Source: a virus
Strand: one strand, 5' to 3'
Virus record (IMG/VR): IMGVR_UViG_3300006153_000019
Span: 1 to 58,570 of that record
Length of the DNA stretch: 58,570 bases
Both the position numbers and the translations under genes were made by a program. The notes beneath the pieces were generated by a model. The model worked only from the letters and a program-made list of their open reading frames with translations, ran no database searches and was not told the origin of the DNA. Position 1 is the stretch's first letter. The number at the start of each line of letters is the position of its first letter. This document shows, in pieces, positions 52,774-58,570 of this stretch.

Positions 52774-52902
52774 TCATGCCTTGTTATCATCAGCCTCTGC
52801 CAATACCTTTACAAATCCATAAATCATCTTGAGCCATTTTACATTATGAATAATGAACAATTTTTCTAAAATACTATCTAAATATAATTTTTCTTCGCTC
52901 AT
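52774..52902 (-). CDS. small protein (42 aa), ..MIYGFV..-family paralog
   Basis: MSEEKLYLDSILEKLFIIHNVKWLKMIYGFVKVLAEADDNKA. Confidence 0.4.
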   Translation of the reverse strand: MSEEKLYLDSILEKLFIIHNVKWLKMIYGFVKVLAEADDNKA

Positions 52903-53013
52903 ATCATTCTCCTTATACTTGAATTTCCCTAAAGAAGATGATATGATGTATTTATCATTCCTTTAGGGATTGGTGTTGATAGGGGTTGCAAACTTTGGTC
53001 GGGGCGCAACTCC

Positions 53014-53190
53014 TATTCTTTTATGTCCGGCTTCAACTTCTTTATTCCTCTCCTTATGCCCTCTGCTTCTGGTATGGATTCTTGCGTACAGTATTTCTCT
53101 AAAATCTCTTTGCACTCATTATCCAGTCGAACATGAGTAGGCTTTCCTTTAGGGTTAGAAGTCGGTCTGCCAGGCTTTTTATCAGCCACT
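53014..53190 (-). CDS. RHH regulator, cassette e (58 aa, GTG start)
   Basis: VADKKPGRPTSNPKGKPTHVRLDNECKEILEKYCTQESIPEAEGIRRGIKKL; SD GGAGGTGGAAAA. Confidence 0.55.
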
Positions 53191-53207
53191 TTTCCACCTC
53201 CTTATTT

Positions 53208-53250
53208 TGTAGCACATAATTATGATATATTATGTAGCACAAAATGTCAA
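53208..53250 (-). promoter_or_regulatory. promoter/operator e (TTGACA; direct repeats tgtagcaca, two copies)
   Basis: tgtagcaca at 53208..53216 and 53233..53241. Confidence 0.45.
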
Positions 53251-53346
53251 GAGGGAAAATGATATTTTTTCAAATACACAAACTATCAGCTATTCAGTTT
53301 TCAAGGTACACTATTATTTAATGCTTTCTCTGATATGTTGCACACA

Positions 53347-53559
53347 TCATCTTATCTTTGATAAGACTTTTTCTTCAAACTGTTCAAAATCTGTATCTGC
53401 AATTTCTTTATTGGAGATATATAAATCTACATTAGGAATATTTTTACTAATGTATAATGCAGTTCCATTTGTAAAAGAAGCGTTCATATCTATCAGTATA
53501 TTCCCATCACTATCCCTGCTCTGTGCGCTGAAATTTAAGGTTTCGTTCATATTTATCAT
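53347..53559 (-). CDS. hypothetical protein
   Basis: 70-aa ORF. Confidence 0.45.
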   Translation of the reverse strand: MINMNETLNFSAQSRDSDGNILIDMNASFTNGTALYISKNIPNVDLYISNKEIADTDFEQFEEKVLSKIR

Positions 53560-53577
53560 TACTTTCCTCCAACATTT

Positions 53578-54012
53578 CTAATCTGTTGTTTTTGTATACC
53601 GAATTATTACAACGGCTGATACTGTGCTTTTATCCTCGCTGGTTTCAATAAATATATCTTGTTTTGTAACTGTAGTCCGCCAATCATATGATGAATTTTC
53701 ACCAGGAAGATTTTGAAATTTTGAGGGGACATTTAATGGATAGGAACCATTATTATCAAATGCATATCCACCATGTAACCATATATCTGCTACACTTCCT
53801 GCCCCATGCGGAACGCTTTTAGTATTCTTATTTGGTAATATTCCAAAATCTACAGTTCTTTCATACAATGGTTTTCCGTCAACCCATGTGCCAACCTGTC
53901 TTTCTTCATAGCTGTATTTTTCACCCTCATAGATAGGCGTATCTGGTACATCAGGAGATTGCATTTCTTGTATTTTTTTATTTAGTACTGTAAATACTTT
54001 ATCTACTTTCAT
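53578..54012 (-). CDS. hypothetical structural-module protein
   Basis: 144-aa ORF; ..ERQVGTWVDGKPLYERTV.. motif common in phage fibre-like small proteins. Confidence 0.5.
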   Translation of the reverse strand: MKVDKVFTVLNKKIQEMQSPDVPDTPIYEGEKYSYEERQVGTWVDGKPLYERTVDFGILPNKNTKSVPHGAGSVADIWLHGGYAFDNNGSYPLNVPSKFQNLPGENSSYDWRTTVTKQDIFIETSEDKSTVSAVVIIRYTKTTD

Positions 54013-54020
54013 GCTTCCTC

Positions 54021-54278
54021 CTATGCTAATTTATACCAGGTATCAGTTGCCTTGTGATATTCGTAATAACTATTATTATCCAAACAAAAGGCAGTACTTC
54101 CAGATTCTACATAATGGGGAAGTTTAGAAACATCTTTAGATAGTCCGTGATAATGTCGTATTTTTCCATTTGCCTCTGTGGGTGGAACACATACAAAACT
54201 ACCCAAATCCCATATTTCTTCCCCTGGTTGATACCATTGTCCGTCTATGTATGATAATGTTTCTGCAATCATTTCCAT
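54021..54278 (-). CDS. hypothetical protein
   Basis: 85-aa ORF. Confidence 0.5.
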   Translation of the reverse strand: MEMIAETLSYIDGQWYQPGEEIWDLGSFVCVPPTEANGKIRHYHGLSKDVSKLPHYVESGSTAFCLDNNSYYEYHKATDTWYKLA

Positions 54279-54772
54279 ACCTCCTGCTTTCCTGGATATG
54301 AACCAGCATATAACAAGTTTATTCCGTTTGCGTCTGGGACAAATGCAAGATATTCTTGTATCGTATCCATATACAGCCTATCCTGTGCTGACTTATCTGA
54401 TAAAACAACATCAATCAAAGTGCTGCCACTTTCTCCTTTTGCGCTGAAAGAAATTGATTCACTTCCAGAGGTTTTACTTGTGATTGTTTTTCCAACCATT
54501 AGCCCTGTTGATTCGTCAATAGTATATCCCTGCCCCTCTGACACCCTTTTGTTTGCAGCTTCAATCTGATACGCAATCTCAATCAGCTTGCAGACGCACC
54601 GCTTCACAGCTTCCGAGGAATCCTCGTCAGTTGGGAATGCGAATTTCAGCTTGTTCAGCGTGAGAGTGTCCACTTTCCGGCAAGCCTCCCACGACAGCCG
54701 GTTAAAGTCGGTTTCCGGCATGGATTCCTCGCCGTATATGCTTTTGTAGTAGTCGTAGGTTACATATCCCAT
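54269..54772 (-). CDS. head-tail connector (gp6-like adaptor) protein
   Basis: 167 aa directly after the major capsid gene; N-terminus YVTYDYYKSIYGEESMPETDFNRL.. typical of adaptors. Confidence 0.6.
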   Translation of the reverse strand: MGYVTYDYYKSIYGEESMPETDFNRLSWEACRKVDTLTLNKLKFAFPTDEDSSEAVKRCVCKLIEIAYQIEAANKRVSEGQGYTIDESTGLMVGKTITSKTSGSESISFSAKGESGSTLIDVVLSDKSAQDRLYMDTIQEYLAFVPDANGINLLYAGSYPGKQEVWK

Positions 54773-54785
54773 GCCGGTTTGCTCC

Positions 54786-55748
54786 TTATGACAGCTTCGT
54801 ACTCTTTGCCCTTGTCGTACCGCCAGATTCCGCGCCGTTTTCGCTTGCCCCAGACGCTCCAGGCTTCTTGCTAAAGAAAATCAGGTCAGGCATAACAACC
54901 TTGCAGCCGTAGTGAAAGAACATACCGATTGCGTAAGCGTTGGAAAGTTCGATTTGCTTCGCCTGATATTCGTCTGCCATAACCGGCTCTGCAATCGCCC
55001 CAGTACACATAACGATAATTTCAATTCCTTCTGGCTGGTGAACATTGGAGTAAATCCATGCGCCGTGATACCGCCCAAACTCCGCCACATCCGTTTTGAC
55101 ATTAGCGTTTCCTTTGGTATCGATATAGTCTCGCATTTCCTCATACGCTTCAGGAGACAAAACTACATGAATGTCCTCTTTTTCGATTCCATCTACAAAT
55201 TCATTTTTTGCAGTATGTAACTTCATCACTATCGCCGTTACACGTTCTTTAATAGTATCGCCAGATACTGTTACTTCTGTGCCACCTGCAACCGTTCCAA
55301 TAGTTCCATCACTTTCTTTACGTTTTCCGACAGCCACCAAGAAAAAATTCTCGTCCAATTCTCGAACCATAGCTCTTGTAATAGCGGTTCTTCTTTCAGA
55401 TAAAAGTCCAGGTACACCACCTAGTCTAATATCCTTTTCCTCGTATTCTTCCATGATTTCTTTGTCGATATCAATATCAACGGAAACATTCATTCCCCTG
55501 CCAGGCTTTCCTTTTCCGGCTGCTCTTGCTGTACCGTATTCCTCGGATTTCGCCGCAGCAAATCTTTTCGCTACTAATGTACCAGCCTGGGGGTCGCCAG
55601 AAAGTCTAGTATTCTTAAAAAGACTGGAAATTGTTCGTCTGCCGACATTATCAATAATGCCTTTATATTCCTCTGCCAGAAGCATTTTTCCTTCTTCTGT
55701 GCCGGATAAGTCTTTCAAATTGGTAATATTTAATGATTCAATAGCCAT
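54786..55748 (-). CDS. major capsid protein
   Basis: 320 aa, follows the scaffold gene. Confidence 0.8.
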   Translation of the reverse strand: MAIESLNITNLKDLSGTEEGKMLLAEEYKGIIDNVGRRTISSLFKNTRLSGDPQAGTLVAKRFAAAKSEEYGTARAAGKGKPGRGMNVSVDIDIDKEIMEEYEEKDIRLGGVPGLLSERRTAITRAMVRELDENFFLVAVGKRKESDGTIGTVAGGTEVTVSGDTIKERVTAIVMKLHTAKNEFVDGIEKEDIHVVLSPEAYEEMRDYIDTKGNANVKTDVAEFGRYHGAWIYSNVHQPEGIEIIVMCTGAIAEPVMADEYQAKQIELSNAYAIGMFFHYGCKVVMPDLIFFSKKPGASGASENGAESGGTTRAKSTKLS

Positions 55749-55794
55749 TCGTTCTCCTTCTGCCTATGCCATCATAGGCGATTAAAGTATAGAT

Positions 55795-56403
55795 TTAGAA
55801 AATTACAGGAACTGGGCTTGTATCCTTTGAGGGGGCCTGTTTCGGTTCTGATTTTTCTGTAAACTTCGGTGCACTTCCAGCAGCTTTTTCCTTTGCTTCA
55901 GCCTCTGCTTTTTCCTCTGCCGTTTGGTAGAAGTGGTCTTTCTCATTTTCCCTAGAAAGATAGTCAGACAGTCCCATAAATGCACCATCTTTCCACTTCA
56001 AACCGTCCTCGCCCATAATTTCACGCATGAGCGAATCCCTGACACGTCCCGATTCGATTTTCAGCTTATCGAACTCGCCTTTCAGGTAGTCCCTCTGGTC
56101 ACGCTCCAAAATCTGCTTCGCGGCCATGTCCTGCGCTTCTTTTGCTGCCTGCTTATACTTCTGGATTTCCTCTGCCTGCTTCTCCGGGTCAATATCCTTA
56201 AACTTTTCCAGGGTTTCATTTGCCGTGTCGAGCTGACCTTTGTAATTGTCCCGGTCTGCTTCCGCCGCCGTCAGCTTCTTAGTCTGCTTGTCAAACTCGG
56301 CAATGGTCTTGTAGTTCTCCGTCACCGCCGCATTGACCGTCGCTTTCTGCTCGTCCGTAACCTCAATTCCTGCTTCTTTCAAAATCTGTTCAATGTTTTT
56401 CAT
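55795..56403 (-). CDS. scaffolding protein
   Basis: 202 aa, highly charged coiled coil, immediately upstream of the capsid gene. Confidence 0.75.
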   Translation of the reverse strand: MKNIEQILKEAGIEVTDEQKATVNAAVTENYKTIAEFDKQTKKLTAAEADRDNYKGQLDTANETLEKFKDIDPEKQAEEIQKYKQAAKEAQDMAAKQILERDQRDYLKGEFDKLKIESGRVRDSLMREIMGEDGLKWKDGAFMGLSDYLSRENEKDHFYQTAEEKAEAEAKEKAAGSAPKFTEKSEPKQAPSKDTSPVPVIF

Positions 56404-56624
56404 GTGTCATTATCCTCCTAACATGGTTTTTAACAGCGTGTCCGCTGTATGGATTTAGGCAGATGAACCTCTGCCAGGGTAGCGCCCAAGCAAGGAGTCG
56501 AACCTTGCCGTCCATGGGTCTCATACAGTTTGCAAAGCTGAATCTCCCATAGCCAACACAGCCGTTGCTACTTTCCCTCTGTATGCGCACTTCTTCGGGA
56601 TTTCACAAGTGTTGCAGGCATAAT

Positions 56625-56700
56625 CGGAATGGATGGATTTGAACCACCAACAACGCGCCAGTTCATGTGTACGCCCGTTCTACCGTTGAACTACATTCCG
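56625..56700 (-). tRNA. 76-nt tRNA-like gene with canonical acceptor, D and T arms but no convincing anticodon stem
   Basis: CGGAATG-TA-GTTC AACGGTA GAAC ... GGTGG TTCAAAT CCATC-CATTCCG; the middle 27 nt do not fold into a 5-bp/7-nt anticodon arm. Confidence 0.45.
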
Positions 56701-56747
56701 TGGGAGCGCGCCCGCCCACAAGGGGCAGACGCTTGATAGGGAAATGT

Positions 56748-56811
56748 TGCACCCGTGCCATAGACCACCTGCAAGCAGACAGCATAACCACAAGCGCAAA
56801 TGCACCCGTGC
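56748..56811. repeat. 11-bp direct repeat tgcacccgtgc (56748..56758 and 56801..56811); the second copy is the acceptor 3' strand of a T-arm module
   Basis: exact duplication 53 bp apart. Confidence 0.6.
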
Positions 56812-56882
56812 GGAATCGAACCGCCTTTACAGCACCATTACTGCCGGATGCACCCTCTTAGGAGGGTAGGATTTATCGAAAA

Positions 56883-57626
56883 TTAGATAATGTCAGGGTT
56901 TATTTGTGCCATAGCTTCATTTATGCGGTTTTGTGCAGTTTCAAAGTATTGTTCTAAAAGCTCCATTCCAATAAAACTTCTTCCAGTATTCACACAAGCC
57001 ACACCAGTAGAACCGCTACCCATAAAGCAATCCATAACCGTTCCGCCTTCTGGCACAATCGCAACCAATTTTTCCAAAAGCTCTATTGGCTTTTCTGTTT
57101 GATGGTGCTTTTCTCTGGCATTCATTCCTGCGATGTGATAGCAGCCAGCACCTACAAATGTTCCAGCTTCATACTTTGTTTCACGTCTCCCGTTTGTTCC
57201 CCACACAACATATTCACAGTCATTACGAAATCTGTTTGGAATCGGTCTACTATTTCCCTTATCCCACACAACTATTCCGCGATAAACCCACCCTGCCGCC
57301 TGCAAAGCGTCCGTCATTGACGGAAGCTGTCGCCAGTCCGTAAAAACCGCACATATGCCAGCCGGCTTTGTTTTCTTTCGACATTTAGCTAAAACCATGC
57401 GCATAAACTCAGTAAAAGAACGCTGGTCCATGTTATCGCCGCTGAAGTCGGGAAATCGTGACGCTCCGCTGTAATTGCTGTCCGTATATTTACTTGATGT
57501 TTTCTTTTTCCTATCTCCCGCAAATAATCCGCCAGATGAATATGGCGGGTCTGTAAATACCATATCCACCAACACATCAATACCTTCTAATAAATCAAGG
57601 CAATCGCCCTGTTTTAAATTAACCAT
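56883..57626 (-). CDS. DNA methyltransferase (N6-A/N4-C, DPPY motif), orphan
   Basis: ..VFTDPPYSSGG.. and C-terminal ..VMDCFMGSGSTGVAC.. (SAM binding); no adjacent restriction gene. Confidence 0.85.
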   Translation of the reverse strand: MVNLKQGDCLDLLEGIDVLVDMVFTDPPYSSGGLFAGDRKKKTSSKYTDSNYSGASRFPDFSGDNMDQRSFTEFMRMVLAKCRKKTKPAGICAVFTDWRQLPSMTDALQAAGWVYRGIVVWDKGNSRPIPNRFRNDCEYVVWGTNGRRETKYEAGTFVGAGCYHIAGMNAREKHHQTEKPIELLEKLVAIVPEGGTVMDCFMGSGSTGVACVNTGRSFIGMELLEQYFETAQNRINEAMAQINPDII

Positions 57627-57708
57627 TATTTTTTCCTTTCAAAATAAAAATGCCAGCAAACACGATTTCTCGTATCTACTGGCACTGAAACTTTGTTACT
57701 GGCACTAA

Positions 57709-58083
57709 TCAATATTTTATTCTTGAAATATGTCTGCCTATCAGTTCTCCGTCTATGTATTTATTGCATATCTCAACGCTGATAAAATCACCTTCCAATT
57801 TATTAAAGAAACTTGGACGGTTAAACGCTCCATTTGCCCATGAGTTTTCGGTAAATTCTAAATCATATGGCTCATAATATACTTCTATGCTCCATTCGTA
57901 TCTGTGCGTTCCGGCAAACCAATGTCTCGTATCTATTTTTGTTATGGTTGCCTCAACATCTTCGCATGTATACGTCAATCGCCCCTCTTGTCTTGCTTGA
58001 TATTCTTTCTCGGTCAAATTTCCACAGCCAAACAAGCTAAACATTACCATAAACAAGGATAGGATAAAATATGCTTTCTTCAT
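57709..58083 (-). CDS. lipoprotein
   Basis: MKKAYFILSLFMVMFSLFGCGN: signal peptide plus lipobox. Confidence 0.7.
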   Translation of the reverse strand: MKKAYFILSLFMVMFSLFGCGNLTEKEYQARQEGRLTYTCEDVEATITKIDTRHWFAGTHRYEWSIEVYYEPYDLEFTENSWANGAFNRPSFFNKLEGDFISVEICNKYIDGELIGRHISRIKY

Positions 58084-58241
58084 ACTTCTACCGCCTTACT
58101 CTCCATATCCTTTATATCCACCACGCTCTCCCTCTTGCACTTCGGGCAGAACACAATGAGGTTTTTCGCCTCGGTGTCCGGTCTGATTTTCGTTCGGGTT
58201 TTTCCTCCGCAGATGGGGCAGAGTACCCATGTATCATTCAT
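58080..58241 (-). CDS. cysteine-rich KTR-domain protein
   Basis: VLCPICGGKTRTKIRPDTEAKNLIVFCPKCKRES matches the Cys_rich_KTR pattern; ATG overlaps the upstream stop. Confidence 0.65.
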   Translation of the reverse strand: MNDTWVLCPICGGKTRTKIRPDTEAKNLIVFCPKCKRESVVDIKDMESKAVEV

Positions 58242-58434
58242 CTTCTTCGTCCTCATAAGATTCTTCTGTCCGCCCTCCGTCATTCTCTCCAAACTCATAA
58301 TCATTACAGTATTGTCCGTCATGCATACAGAATACACAATTATCTGCCTGGCAATACCAACATTCTCCTTTTGAGCTATTTACTACTGTAAGTCGACTGT
58401 AATGTTTGCACGTTTTGCACTTATTTTCTCTCAT
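58234..58434 (-). CDS. small Cys-rich acidic protein
   Basis: ATG after GGGAGGGATAGGGAA; CKTCKHY..ECWYCQADNCVFCMHDGQYC. Confidence 0.5.
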   Translation of the reverse strand: MRENKCKTCKHYSRLTVVNSSKGECWYCQADNCVFCMHDGQYCNDYEFGENDGGRTEESYEDEEDE

Positions 58435-58545
58435 TTCCCTATCCCTCCCGATTTCCATTTATAAAAAGCATTAGTACCGCAGAAAACGCTTCACATTTGT
58501 TCCTGTCTTTGATTACATTCAGTGCCTACATATCGGTCTTACCTT

Positions 58546-58570
58546 ATGTCGCGCCCATTTCCTAATGCCT
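58546..58570. repeat. terminal repeat copy (equals 1..25)
   Basis: exact 25-bp identity with the window start. Confidence 0.9.

Larger units (their letters stand above)
56404..56882 (-). ncRNA. 479-nt non-coding, GC-rich region with three T-arm/acceptor-like modules
   Basis: T arms at 56491..56507, within 56625..56700, and 56810..56824; no credible ORF (56390..56590 and 56667..56861 look spurious). Confidence 0.4.

Noticed and set aside
56801-56848. The T-arm/acceptor fragment as the attP core of one of the two recombinases
   Set aside because: It is more than 10 kb from either recombinase gene, while int has its own arm-repeat region at 7806..8050. It is kept only as an unexplained tRNA-like fragment.
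1-58570. Diversity-generating retroelement, retron or stop-codon reassignment
   Set aside because: No reverse-transcriptase-like ORF and no template/variable repeat pair were seen. Long uninterrupted ORFs in the standard code argue against recoding.

Overview
The window reads as a complete, circularly closed temperate siphovirus-type phage genome of about 58.5 kb, because the first 25 bp equal the last 25 bp. Gene content points to a low-GC Firmicute (Clostridia-like) host. Most genes lie on the minus strand. One minus-strand series runs from an early/recombination/replication block (23.6 kb down to 16.4 kb: ORF6N antirepressor, Gp157, Erf, NinB-like, RusA, replisome organizer with internal iterons, G39P-like) into packaging and head genes (terS, Lar-like ORF, terL, portal, SPP1-gp7-like minor head protein). 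An xis/int/attP lysogeny module and about 10 kb of cargo then interrupt this series. It continues across the circular junction with an orphan MTase, a 479-nt non-coding tRNA-like region, scaffold, major capsid, connector proteins, major tail protein, chaperone and a Gp15-family protein, and ends at a terminator near 48.6 kb. The rest of the tail (tape measure, distal tail protein, an 830-aa fibre/Tal and a fibre-like RBP) and the endolysin sit on the plus strand at 31.5-41.7 kb, while xhlA and the holin lie on the minus strand at 30.5-31.1 kb. Main hunt results: (1) a shufflon-like multi-inversion switch, with four in-frame CTAAACGGCAGA crossover sites and an adjacent tyrosine recombinase, that can exchange four C-terminal domains of a fibre-like protein and has the endolysin inside an invertible segment; (2) a radical-SAM/SPASM maturase translationally coupled to the Cys/Ser-rich C-terminal tail of the large tail fibre; (3) eleven copies of a non-canonical promoter architecture, TGGTACAA-N19-(-10); (4) five autoregulated RHH-antirepressor cassettes with diversified TGTAG operators; (5) two long non-coding regions carrying aberrant tRNA-like modules. 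No rRNA, CRISPR array or reverse transcriptase was seen. All functional calls come from motif recognition by eye and need HMM or structure confirmation.
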